From Camelus ferus (taxonomy: Eukaryota): a DNA stretch of 64,000 nt. The stretch covers positions 119,910,001 to 119,974,000 of the forward strand of contig NC_045696.1 of assembly GCF_009834535.1 (NCBI RefSeq), written 5' to 3'. This document shows, one piece after another, positions 49,341 through 61,599 of the stretch (position 1 is the first letter of the stretch; each line of letters begins with the position of its first letter). The position numbers were made by a program, and so were the translations under genes. The notes beneath the pieces were generated by a model. The model was not told the DNA's origin. It saw only the letters and a list, made by a program, of their open reading frames with translations, and did not search any database.

Positions 49341-51213
49341 CGGTGAGAGAGCACCTGGATCTAGCTATACCTGATGTTAAAATCTCCTTGGCTTTTTTAC
49401 GTGAACCAGTGCATCTCCCACTCCACGATCACCCCTCTTTTCCTTTCCTAAGCCAGTTTGAGTTGTATTTCTGCCACTTGCTCAATTGCTTGACTCACCC
49501 TCTACCATCTCCTCTAGTGTTAGGTGAAGGCATATGAAATTGCTATTCTTGGCGATAAATGACTGAATATCAGTCATTTCATCTTAGTTCTTTGAACACC
49601 TCCAGAGCAGGGAACTCACTACCTACTGTGGCAGCTCAGTTGGAAATTGGACAGACTTAACCAACAGAAATCATTTTTCTCAAATGAAAATCTTATCCCT
49701 GTCCCTTCTCCAGTGCCCTCCTCTGAACACATTTTGTGTCTAGTGTGGGATCTGAGGTCTCGCTTGGGTAGAGAAGAGAAGGCTTCAGTAATGCAGCCTC
49801 AAACATCCAAATCTTTTTTTAAAATGTGATGTCTTAAGCTATGTTTCACCATCTTGCTCGTTTATTTCAGACTCAATTCAAAATCCTCTATTTAAGCCCC
49901 AGTGAATTTCCCTTTATTCTCCATGGCCCACTTCTCCTTCCTTCAAAGGCGTCTGCCCCCACCCACTAGGTCACAGTCTTCGTCAGTCATCTTCTCTGTG
50001 GTTGTCATAGTACAATAAGATGATGGAAATTCAGTGCCCCTGATTTGCAGGAGTCATGGTTGCATAATCTGGGATACCCCTTCTGGCCTCATGCATCCTG
50101 CAGGTTCAGGAAGCGTTCTTTCTCTGTCTTCAGCTGAGTCATTACTACACATGCTGAAAGGACAGAGCTCAGGGTCAGGATGCAAAGGCATGTGTGTGGT
50201 TGGACAGTGATTCATTAGCCATTGGGTTTGGTCGTCCGGTCAGTCACTAGCACCCGCTGGTTTCTCAGCGCATCTGTAGGAAGTCACATGGCACCAGCCA
50301 AGTGTCCCTTTGAAATACCGAAGGGGCTCCTCGTTACCCGGTACATGTTGTCCCATTCCCGAAGGTAAGTAGAGCTGTGTCTTATTTAGGATGGGCTAAG
50401 CCATGTTAATAAACAGACCCAATGGCGAAACAATGGAATTTTGTTTGTAGCTCAGGTAACAGCCCAGGATACACAGGTTGGTCCTCTCTGCTGGTTAGCG
50501 CCTCAGGGATCTAGGTTCTCCCTACCCTGTGGGCCTGTAAGGGCTTCCCTGTCACCCGCATCCAGCCCAGAAGAGGAAAGAGCATAAAGGAGCACATGTA
50601 GGACATTTATGGGTCAGGCCTGAAAATGCCACGTCACTGCCACTCATTTAGTCACCAAAGCCACAGCCAGCCAGACGGAGGGGAGGAAAATGCTGTGTAG
50701 CTAAGTGCTTACACAGAGGGAGAGTGGATTCGGTGAGTGGTCTCCACTATAAGCGACTAACATTGTCATGACACAAATATATCCCCAAAGGCCTGACCTC
50801 CTAGGCATCCCTTCCTTCTAAAACTGAGCTTCTGCCCCTGGCTGTGGGGCCAGAATCTTTGTCCATTATCCTCTCCAGAGTTGACAGGCTACAACAAGAG
50901 AATGCAAATACAAGGCAAATAATGTAAAAATTGATGGCAAAGTGAAACTTACCAGTCTTGCAAAATAAGCGAGATTTCAAGATTAGGAAAGGCATTTGGA
51001 GGAACTGCCCCAATCACCAGCAAAGCCATTGACAAATGAGGAAATGACAGTGTCAGAGCCGAGGGTGAGGGTGAGGGCCAGAAAGGCGCTTCAAATGCGA
51101 ACGATAGCAACACCCAAGGGGCTACAGAGACGCCTGGAAAAACCAGCAGGTGCCTCAAATATTTTGGCCGAAGTTATTCAGGTTATGACTGGGCTGTAAA
51201 AGTCGAATCTTTT

Positions 51214-51314
51214 TATTTTTCATTTCTTTTCTTAAGGGAGGTGCTGGGGATTGAACCCAGGACCTTGAGCATACTAAGCACACACTATACCACTGAGCAA
51301 TACCCTTTCCTCCT
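51214..51314 (-). mobile_element. Short-form camelid SINE
   Basis: tRNA-like head plus A-rich tail; TSD taaaagtc(g/a)aatctttt at 51197-51213 and 51315-51331. Confidence 0.85.
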
Positions 51315-51329
51315 TAAAAGTCAAATCTT

Positions 51330-53301
51330 TTGTGTGTGTGTGTATGTGTGTGTGTGTATATATATATGTATTTTTTTATTGACATATAGTCAGTTTACAA
51401 TGTTGTGTCAATTTCTGGTGTACAGCACAGTGCTTCAGTCATACATGAACATACATATATTCATTTTCTTTCTCACCATAAGTTACTACAAGACATTGAA
51501 TATAGTTCCCTGTGCTATACAGTATAAACTTGTTGTTTATCTACTTTATACATAGTAGTATCTGCAAATCCCAAACTCCCAATTTATCCTGCCCCCCCGG
51601 TAACTATACGTTTGTTTTCTATGTGAGTCTGTTTCTGTTTTGTAAATAAGTTCGTTTGTCTTTTTTTTAGGTTCCACATATAAATGATATCATATGGTAC
51701 TTTTCTTTCTCCTTTTGACTTCTCTTTGAATGACAATCTCTGGATCCATCCATGTTGCTGCAAATGACATTATTTTATTATTTTTATGGCTGAGTAGTAT
51801 GCCATTATATAAATATACCACAACTTCTTTATCCAGTCATGTATCAATGGACATTTAGGTGGTTTCCATGATTTGCTATTGTAAATAGTGCTGCTGTGAA
51901 CACTGGGGTGCAGGTGTCTTTTTGAATTAAGGTTCCCTCTGGATATATGCCCAGGAATGGGATTGCTGGATCATATGGTAAGTCTATTTTTAGTTTTTTG
52001 AGGAGTCTCCATAGTGTTTTCCACAGTGGCTGCACCAAACTACATTCCCACCAGCAGTGTAGGAGGGTTCCCCTTTCTCCACACCCTCTCCAGCATTTGT
52101 CATTTGTGGACTTTTTGAATGATGGGCATTCTGACTGGTGTGAGGTGATACCTCATTGTAGTTTTGATTTGTATTTTTCTGATAATTAGGGGTATTGAGC
52201 ATTTTTTCATGTATCTATTGGCCATTTGTATGTTTTCGTTAGAGAATTGCTTTGTTTAGGCCTTCTGCCCAGTTTTGGATTGGCTTGTTTGTTTTTTTTT
52301 CTTATTAAGTTGTATGAGCTGTTTATATATTCTGACAACTAAGCCCTTATCAGTCTCATCTTTTGCAAATATTTTCTCCCATTCTGTAGGTTGTCTTTTT
52401 GTTTTGCTTATGGTTTCCTTTGGTATGCAAAAGCTTCTAAGTTTAATTAGGTCTCATTTATTTATTTTTGATTTTATTTCTATTGCTTGGGTAGGACTGC
52501 CCTAGGAGAACATTGCTGAAATTTATGTCAGAGAATGTTTTGCCTATGTTTTCTTCTAGGGGGTTTATTGTGTCTTGTCTTATGTTTAAGTTTTTAAGCC
52601 ATTTTGAGTTTATTTTTGTGTGTGGTGTGAGGGAGTGTTCTAACTTCATTGATTTACATGCAGCTGTCCCGTTTTCCCAACACCATTTGCTAAAGAGACC
52701 GTCTTTACTCCATTATATGTTCTTGCCTCCTTTGTCAAAGATTAATTGACCAGAAGTTTGTGGGTTGGTTTCTGGGCTCTTTATTCTGTTCCATTGTTGT
52801 ATTATATCTGTTTTTGTACCAACACCATGCTGCTTTGATTATTGTAGCTCTGTAGTGTTGTTTGAAGTTTGGGAGGGTTATTCCTCCAGCTTCATTCTTT
52901 TTCTTCAGTATTGCTTTGGCAATTCTGGCTCTTTTGTGATTATATATGAATTTTAGGGTGATTTGTTCTAATTCTGTGACCTGCGTAATTTGATAGGGAT
53001 CTCATTAAAATCTGTAGAGTGCTTTGGGTAATATGGTCATTTCAACAATATTGATTATTCCAATCCAAGAACATGGGATATCTTTCCATTTTTTAAAGTC
53101 ATCTTTAAATTCCTTAGTCAATGTTTTGTAGTTCTCTGAGTATAAGTCTTTCACTTCCTTGGTCAGATTTATTCCTAAGTATTTAATTTTTTTTGGATGC
53201 AATTTTAAAAGGATTGTTTCTTTACTTCCCTTCTCTGATATTTCATTGTTAGTGTAAAGAAATGCAAATTATTTCTTGTATCCTGCTACCTTGCCAAATT
53301 C
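51330..53301 (-). mobile_element. 5'-truncated lineage-specific L1 (~2 kb)
   Basis: ORF2 remnants [40 protein letters not shown] and [24 protein letters not shown]; tail region contains (TG)n(TA)n; TSD at 51315-51329 and 53302-53316. Confidence 0.95.
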
Positions 53302-53459
53302 TAAAGGTCAAATCTTAATGGAAGAATTTCACATTATATGATATTAACATTTTATCAGAAAAATATGCCAGAACAAAAAAGTCCTTGATAGTTGATTGAT
53401 CATTTTTGTGGTTGTTGCTTTTCTGATGAGCTGGTGGCAATACTGTTTCCTCGGCTCCT

Positions 53460-54845
53460 TGCCCAAGGCCCTGCCTCTAAATGATGGCTGTGCCCCGGAG
53501 CTGGATCCTGGTCCTCTTTCCTTCAGTGTTGCCCTGTCCTGAGTGATTTCGTCCAATCCCATGGCCTTAAACATCACCCACGTGCAATTGACTCTCAAAT
53601 CCAGGTCTGTGGCCTTGACCTTCAGATGTGTATCCTCCTGTCCACTTGACGTCTGCACTTGTACGTTTCAGAGCCTCTCAGACTTAGGTGTGCAACATCA
53701 CACCTCGATTTCACGCCTTTTCCTCAAGACTTCCCTACCTCGCTCGATAAACACTAGCCTCTTTCAGCCACTTTTCAAGTCATAATCTCGAGTCATTCTT
53801 TTTTTTTCTTTAAAAAAATTTTTTTTGTCATTTTTGGGGGAAGATAATTAGGTTTGTTTATTTATTTAATGGAGGTACTGGGGGTTTAATGCAGGACCTC
53901 GTGCATGCTAAGCACACGCTGTACCACTGAGCTGTACCCCCCCCCCACCCTCAATATTTTATTTTATTTACTTAATAGAGGGGCTGGGGATTGAACTCAG
54001 GACCTCGTGCATGCTAAGCAGGTGCTCTACCAAGAGCTATACCCACCCCACAAGAGTCATTCTTGATGCCTCGGCCTCCACCCATTCCCACAACGAATGC
54101 AACAGAAAGTTTTGTCTTCGAAATACATCCTCAGTCACCCCTACTCCATCTCCCCAAGTTGGGCTTATCCACTAAGTCCAAACGGCCACGTTTCTTGCTA
54201 GGCCTCTGTCACAGCCTCCCAGCAGGTGTTCCTCCTCCCACCCTTGCCTACACGGCTGTTCTGTGTCCACAGAGCAGCTGCGGTCACAGTTCAAACATAT
54301 ACACTGGGTCCTGTTATCCCCCAGTTTCAGTCCCTCCAGTGGCTTCCCATCACATTTGTGCAAAATCCAAACTCTTTCCTGTGGCCTCCCAGGCCCCAAA
54401 TTGTCTGACACATGACCACGCCTCACACCCATGTCAACACCCTGTCCTCCTTGCTCTGTCTCTGGCCATCACCCGGGTGGTCCAGCTGGCTCCCTCTTCA
54501 CGGTCCCTCTTCCCTCCAGAGTGTGGCTACCTGACCTCATCTCACCATCAAGTCTCAGCTCAAAGGTCACATCCACAGAGAACCTTCTCCATCTCCCATC
54601 TAAGGCAGCCCCCACCCTCCAGCCTTCTTCATTTGGTTATCCTACTTTTTTTGGTTCTTCGTAGCAATCCTTGTTAGCACTACCTGCAACTATTTTGTTT
54701 ACTCCTATATTTAATCTTTTTTTCAGTCTTCCCTTAGACTATAAGCCACAATGAAGGTGGGAGTTTTCTCTAACTTGTTCACTGCTGGGTCTTCATTGCC
54801 AGAGGCTGTCACATAGCAGATACTCAGTAAATGTCTGTCAACGAA
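53460..54845 (+). mobile_element. L2 LINE relic interrupted by a SINE dimer
   Basis: ccctccagtggcttcccatcac...cagctcaaaggtcacatcc...acatagcagatactcagtaaatgtctgtcaacgaa matches the L2 3' region. Confidence 0.7.
53801..54053 (-). mobile_element. Head-to-tail pair of camelid SINEs
   Basis: Two tRNA-like heads (~53870-53945 and ~53975-54050); one TSD pair gagtcattctt at 53790-53800 and 54054-54064. Confidence 0.88.
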
Positions 54846-55971
54846 ATAGTCTTTCAAATAGAAGGAAAAAAACTTATTTTCATAATTGTATTTTGCAGGA
54901 TACAGCTCCAGTAGAAGCCTTTGTTCATTACTTCATGTGAAACTTTGGTTTCCTTTATCAGTGGATTTATTTCAGTAGCCTTTTCCTGTACCAATTACCT
55001 TTGAATAGTGAAGCTCTCCTGTCTTGCGTATTTCCTTCCTTGGCTGGACCAGGAAACCTGTGGCATAAGGAAGGGTGGGCAGGCTGAGACGACTGGTTCT
55101 TGGTTAACCCAAGCTGGATCACAGTGATCACTTATCCTTCTTCTGGGGCCCAGAAATGCCTTTTCCCTTTAAAATCCATTCTAGAATCACGCCTGCAGTC
55201 TCTTATGCTCACTGGTTTGTGTCTGGAACCCCCTCTCTTTCTAATGGAACACTGATTCTGCCTCTGTGATTCTAGCACCATGTTAAATATGTGCAGGACC
55301 TTTAAGACCACAGATAAACATTGGAAGTCTCTTTCCTGGGTGCTGTAAGTACTCTGGCCTGTAACTCATCTGGGTCAAGAGACTTGACGTAATTCAATTT
55401 AGGACACAGATAAAGGTTCTTATGAGAGAGGAGGGGCCACAGCGCAAGCAGTTTGGCAAGATACTGATGTCACCGAGTCTCAGAATTAAATAGCTGCCTC
55501 GTAAAGTGGAGGCCCTGATCCCTTTCAAAGAACTGGCTTCTACAGCAACTTGAGTTCTAAGAACTGGTCATCTGGGGGCAGGAAGCATTGTGGAAAGGTT
55601 TGAGGTCTATTTTAAAGTTCTCTTCCCTCTTGTTCCAAACTCCTCCGGGCATGAAGGCCCTGCTCGCTCTCCCCTCCCCTCTGCCCCTGGCCTCTGAGTT
55701 CACCTCCCTCGCTGGCTCTGCTCTGCCCACACCCATTTGCTTTCTCTCCCACCCGAGGGCACTCCCGATCCAGGACCCCTGCACACGCCACTCCAGGCAC
55801 TGAAGTGCCCATCCCCAAAGGCACATGGGCTGTACTCTCTTATTTCTTCTGGGTTTTGGGGTCACACCAACAGCATCCCTGTGTCTTGTCCTCTGTCTCC
55901 TGCTTTGTCTTGGCCCTCAGCCCTGGTCACCCCGGCCTGTTACCCATTTATCCATCATCTCCATGACAGGT

Positions 55972-56460
55972 TGTTGCCGTAAAACGTGCCTCTGAACCCG
56001 GAAAGCCAGATTGAGATTCAGAGGCAGAGTTTGGGAGAAAAAGAACAGCTTTATTCCTTTGCCAGGCAAAGGTGGGTCACAGCAGGTCATGCCTTAGAGC
56101 CTGTGAGTCCATCTTGGGGTTAGGGTTTTGAAGTTCTATAGAAAAAAACTGGAAGAACAGAAAAGGTGATAACCATCAGGGCACTTTACAGGGGGCTGCT
56201 GCATTCCTCTTAATCTCCGTGAGTCTTTCTGGCCTTGTTGGGGAACTGTGGAGGGTCTGTCCGTTCTTCTGAGATTAAAGGCCCCTTCTTCCTGGAGCAC
56301 AGCCTCTGGGTTAAAACTATTGTAAAGAACGTCAGGGAGAAGTTTGAGGGTAGCTTAGTACAAAAGCAGTAAGAGAGAGAAAACCAATTACAGGATTTCT
56401 TAGAAAGAATCAGAAAACAGTTTTAGCATCAGGAAAGTTAATTTGTTTGCTGCTCCTTCA
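55972..56460 (-). mobile_element. Probable ERV solo LTR
   Basis: Begins tgttgcc; cagctttattcctttgccaggcaaagg gives AATAAA on the - strand near the LTR 3' end. Distal boundary uncertain. Confidence 0.5.
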
Positions 56461-57663
56461 AGCAGGAGGTTGTGCCTTTTGTTCATAGTGGTACCCTGAC
56501 CCCTGGCACAGCGTCTAAAACATATCAAGTGCTCGATGAATATTTGTTAGATGAATAAATGAGTAAACAAATGAACGGCATCTCATTGTCTACAGTGTAT
56601 GGTCCAAAGGGTTAGCCTGGCCCTCTTGGCCGTCGGGGACCTGCCCCAAACTCGACTTGAGGCTTCATCCTCTGCTTTTTCCACCCCTCACTGTCCCTCC
56701 TGGGTCCCAGGTCGAGGTGGTCTCCCTTCCCGCTGTTCCTGAGCGGTCCCCCCTCCCCCCTCCCCGCCTTCCATGACTTCCCCATGTTATTTCCTGCCTA
56801 GGAAACCCTTTCTTTCTTTCTTTGGCAAAATCCTCCTCACTTGTTTGAGGAAATCCTGTTTATTATTCAAGGCCCAGTGTCGTCTTCTCTGTGAAACCAT
56901 GCTGGCCCTCGCAGGCAGAAAAGTGAAATGACTTCTGCGTCCCCCCGAGGGTGACGCGGCCCTTTGCAGGGGCCGGGAGGGGAGGGGTTGCTCCTTCACT
57001 CACCTCCAGGGCCAGCACGATCCCTCTGTCTGCCCTCAGCTCCGCCCAAGCTCCCTGAAGTCAGCAGATCGCCTCGTTTCCACTCAGGCCGCCACGCCGG
57101 CTTGGCGTGAGTTTGGGGGGAAGGTCACGTTTCTCTTTTCACCAAAAAGGCCGAGAACACTTGAGACCCAGCTGCAGACCCTCTCTTCACCTGGAGACGG
57201 GAAAGTGATGCCCCTTGAACCCGGCAGGATTTTCTGTGAGTGTTTATTGAGGAAACCCAAGTTTCCTTCCACACCTACAGAGATAGAAACACCCCCAAGT
57301 GCCCCCCACTCCAGCGGGGGGCACCCAGTGAGGAGCGGTTCTCTCTTTGCTGGACTCTTGCTTGGTTTATGATTCAGGGAGAAGGGGGCTTGGATTCCAA
57401 ATGTGTGACACCAGGAAGGCGGTGGGGTCACAGCAGGAGAGGTCGATGCGAATCCCATGAAAGAAACCAGATCATGACAAATGTGACTCACTGGAGAGAA
57501 ATTTGTAAACCTAAGTTCATCCCGCCAGATACCTTTTCTCCTCCTTTTCAAATGTCAGCCCACTGATCTCAGGGCAGCTGGGACGGCACCAGGCTGTGAC
57601 TTTCACCAGAGAAGATTTTCAGCCTGAGGACATGGTGGGGCAGGGAACACCCCCCCCCCCCCC

Positions 57664-58142
57664 AGTTGAACCAAACTGCAAGGAGATAGTAAAAATAAAT
57701 GGAGCCGCTGGACAAAGAATGTTGCCTGCCATTCCAGTGAACAGAGAATGTTGCCGCCATCATGCCATCAGCCCTGCAGCCCCTAGGGGGAGCCCCGAGG
57801 GGACTCAGGGTGGAGAAAAACAGGAGACTGGCCCTGGGCAGTTCAGATGCCTATCTAAGGAATGATTTCAGTGAGCCCAGACTCTTGCATCTTTGCATAC
57901 ACAGAGAAGCATTAAAACCATTAACTTGAGGTGTGTGTTTTGTGATGAGCAGTCATCTTTTGATGTTCGACTACAGGGTATTTTTTTTCCTCCTCCAGCA
58001 AAAACGCTTAAATTTCTTGGCCCCCCTGCCTCTTTGGAGCAGCTCCTCAGAGCTCTCCGAGAGGCTGTCTCCCGGGCTATAGTTGGCAATAACATCCCCA
58101 AATAAAACAGGTTTAAAGTTGTGCATTTTAATTCAGTCAACA
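57664..58142 (+). mobile_element. Probable ERV1-type solo LTR
   Basis: gttga...tcaaca inverted ends; gagcagctcctcagagct...gaggctgtctcccgggctatag followed by AATAAA at ~58101. Confidence 0.65.
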
Positions 58143-58685
58143 ACAGAGCGTATGGTCTCCAAGGAAAGCAGTCCTTGGGACTTTGTTACCATGTCGGCCG
58201 TCCCCACTCTGCCTGCACCGTGCACCATGCGATCAGGCTACCAAAGTCGCAGCTCTGGTAGAGATGTGCCCTGCATCACTCGGGGACCCTATCCCCCCAA
58301 GCCTGGCAAGGCAGAGGCGAGTTCTTGGAAACCACATCACACACGAAGCACTAAAAAGAGCACTATAAAGCTGACTTTTCTGCAAAGGAGCAACGGTAAA
58401 ATTGGGTGATGAGTTCCTCATAGGAATCGACAAATATATAAGATTTCCAGGAAATAACCACACATGAGCAACGTGTTATCTAATGACTCCTCAGTCATTT
58501 CAAATGGTTCAATTGTATTTGAGGTCTTGAAATGGGCAGAGAAACATACTGTGACTGAAATACTCCACTGAGGGCCATCTGGGGCCTTGGGCGGGGTTGT
58601 GTATCTTTTGAGTGAAGGAGGCAATGGAATATTTAAATACAAATAAAGAAGGCTAACTCAAACCAGAGTATACTCTCCTCCAGCT

Positions 58686-59210
58686 CAGTGGTTCTCGGAC
58701 TTTTTGGTGGCAGTACTCCTTTTTATTTTTTTCAGCGACTGAAGATCTTACAGAGCTGCTGTTTATATGGTTGCATCTACTGGTGGTTACTTCGTAGAAA
58801 TTAAAACAACTTAAAAGACTGTTTTTTAAATCAATTCCTCTAAAAATAACAGTACGTGTGTTATGTTAACATAAATACCATAATTTTTATGAAAAATAAC
58901 TCTAGTCTCCAAAATGAGAAATAAAAGTTTCCAAAACAAAACACGTAGGGAGAAGGGCATTGTTTTAGGTTTTTGCACGTCTCTTTAATGTGCATCCTCA
59001 GAGGAGACAGCTGGGTTCTTGTATCGTCTGCTTTCGGTCTGTCATGATTATCATGTGTTGTGTCGTTTCTGGGAAACTCCAGTGAACACTTGGAAGAGAG
59101 TGAGAGTGGGAAAGGCTAACATTGTCTTAGTATTAGTATGAAAGTAGTTTTGATCTCATGGGCATCCTGAATTTCTCAGAGACCTCCAGCCCATACCTGG
59201 AGAGCCACTC
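58686..59210. mobile_element. hAT-Charlie relic (MER119/Charlie1-like)
   Basis: cagtggttctc...atgttaacataaata...tttttatgaaaaataac...ggagagccact. Confidence 0.65.
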
Positions 59211-59289
59211 ATCCTGATCAATATGTCAACTAAAATAAATAGTAAGCATCTGCTTGGGTTACCAGCCGCATCCATGGTTTGCCTTAGCA

Positions 59290-59858
59290 TGTGAGTTAGG
59301 CAGAAGTATGAGATCGCCCCATTTCCTGCCCCCTGCTATACAGACTCCTGCATAATGTGGGGAACTTGTGATATGGTGGGACCATCACCTCCATGATTAG
59401 GTAGTGAATATGGCACAGCTGGCTTTAAGAATGGGAGACTACACTGGGTGGACTTGACCGAATCAAGTGAATCCTTAAAAGGGATCAGGCTTTTTCTTTA
59501 GAGGAGATTGAAGTGTGGGAGATTCTCTGCCTGGCTTTGAGGATGGAGGGGGCCATGTGGCAAGAAATGCAGGCAGCCCTCAGTAGTTGAGGTTGGCCCT
59601 TGGATGACAGTCAGCAAGGATATGGGGACCTCAGTCCTACAACCACAAGGAACTGCAATCAGCCAACAATCTAATGAGCCTGGAAGGATGTTTTCCTCAG
59701 AGCCTTCAGAAAGGAATGGCCCAGGAGACCTCGAGCAGAGAAGCTAGTCACACTGTGCCTGAACTTCAGACCTACAGAACTGTGAGATCATAAACGAGTG
59801 TTGGTTTAAGCTGCTAAATTTTTGGTGATTCGTTACACAGTAATAGCAAACTAACACA
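59290..59858 (+). mobile_element. MLT1-type MaLR LTR
   Basis: ggctttgaggatggagggggccatgtggcaagaaatgc...cctacagaactgtgagat...tttaagctgctaaat...gcaaactaacaca. Confidence 0.85.
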
Positions 59859-61599
59859 GTATGCATTGTTTTAAATTTATTTCAGAATTACACAAATAAT
59901 CACAAATACATCCTCCTTGTAAAAAAATGAAAACATTATTGAGAGATTAAAAATTCCCTTTGACTCCCCCAACCCCATCCTAGCCAATCTGGGGCCCCTC
60001 CCTACCCGCTCTTTTCCAGACCTAGCCACTCTTTGTTGCCTATGAACTCTTCTTTCCACAACTTTTTCTCTGTATTGATGTGCATATGTAGGTATCAACA
60101 GAAATATATAGTACTGCTGTGGTTTATTTTAACTTCAGAACACTATTTGGGTTCATCCTATAGCTGGCTCAGGTCTTCTAAAAAGAAAATAACAGAAGTC
60201 TAAACCAGTGTTTAGAACAGCTTCTCTACATCCCATAGCGTCGTTTTGAACCATCCTTATTGCTCTTAGATCTAAGCTTGAATAGAGATGTATTTTGGAG
60301 GCTGTTGTTTGAATGGTGATGATGAGTTGGGAAGCATGAGAGGGGCAGGACTGACCTCACCTGTCTTGTTTTCAACCTCTGTCTCAGTTTATTCACAGCT
60401 AGGATGAACCTGCTCAGTTATAGGCTCAATTCTAAGCCACTAAGGAAACATGGGTGGCTCTTGTGTCCCAGAGTGACTCTTAATGGCCATCCTGACCCTG
60501 TCTTCATCCATCACTGAAAAATGAAAAGCAACCACATTGCTAGCAAGGAGCTTGAGAACATCTCTCAAAGAATTGCTGACTCTCCATTTAAAGCACAGTG
60601 AACAGGTGTGACCTGTTTGGAAACAAGCCCACGGCGTTCACCTGTATTACCTCCAGGAGACAACAAGTCTCCTTTGATGGGGGACCTCAGTGCCAGCGTA
60701 TGTCGGGTGGAACCTTGCCCAGGGAGTAACCCCCCAATTTAGCTTCTGGTAAAACCATCATAAGCAGGTTTCCAAGGTTGGCTTTAATGACAGGCTTTCA
60801 GAAGGAAGCTTCTTTCTCAGGCAAGTCTGCTCTCTAAACTCATGGGGCCCAGGGACCACAAGGCTCCGTGTGGAAAGCTTGTACCTGTGCATTTTTGCAG
60901 TGAAGGAGACATTAGCAATAGCCGGCGGCAATGTCCGTGCCTGCTTTCCTAAGGGCATCTGACCTTCTGCTCCCCCGACATCACAGTGGCCCTGATTTTT
61001 CACAAAAGCACAGACAAGCCCCTTGTTCTTTGACTTTTTGTGATGTTGAGTTTAGCAGGCAAGTTCTGGCTCCCTGCTTCTTCGGGGTGGCAGGACACCT
61101 CATCAGTTCACAGATCCTTGGACAGAGCGTGCCCATTAAGAGGGGGTACGCTTGCACGCCCTTGAGAAGGCTGTATCCACCCACCCACTCACATCCCTGA
61201 TCAGTGGATTTTCCATGCTTCCTGTCTTTTCAGGAAGGACCATCCCACAACTCTGAGAGCCCAGGTGCTTCGGGCTGGGGCTCTGCCCTGGGTAGGGCAT
61301 GGCCTCTGGACAAGGAGTCCATGCGTGGAGCTGCAGCTGGTTCCCTTCTCTGTGCTTCTGTGTCTGTGTGAGCCTGTTTCCCCTTTTCTGGAGAAACCTT
61401 TAGGCAGATCCAATTCCCAAGATTCACCCAAAGGGGCAAAAGTGCTGTGTGGACAGGGGTTCGAGTCTTGAAACTAGCCCAGGGTCGCTGAGTACAAGCT
61501 TCTAAAGGTGACTTCAGACTGGAAATACCCCCAACTTTCCTTCCATAGGACAATCTGCCTGGGGACATGAACAGGGATAAATCCACCCTCACCCCAGGT

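Noticed and set aside
54063..54677. 204-aa ORF
   Set aside because: Lies within the decayed L2 relic; a chance frame in pyrimidine-rich sequence.
17270..60120. Apparent antisense bias of L1 copies
   Set aside because: The large copies are on -, but several + strand fragments also exist (~21129, ~29250, ~31200, ~34800, ~42050), and numbers are too small.
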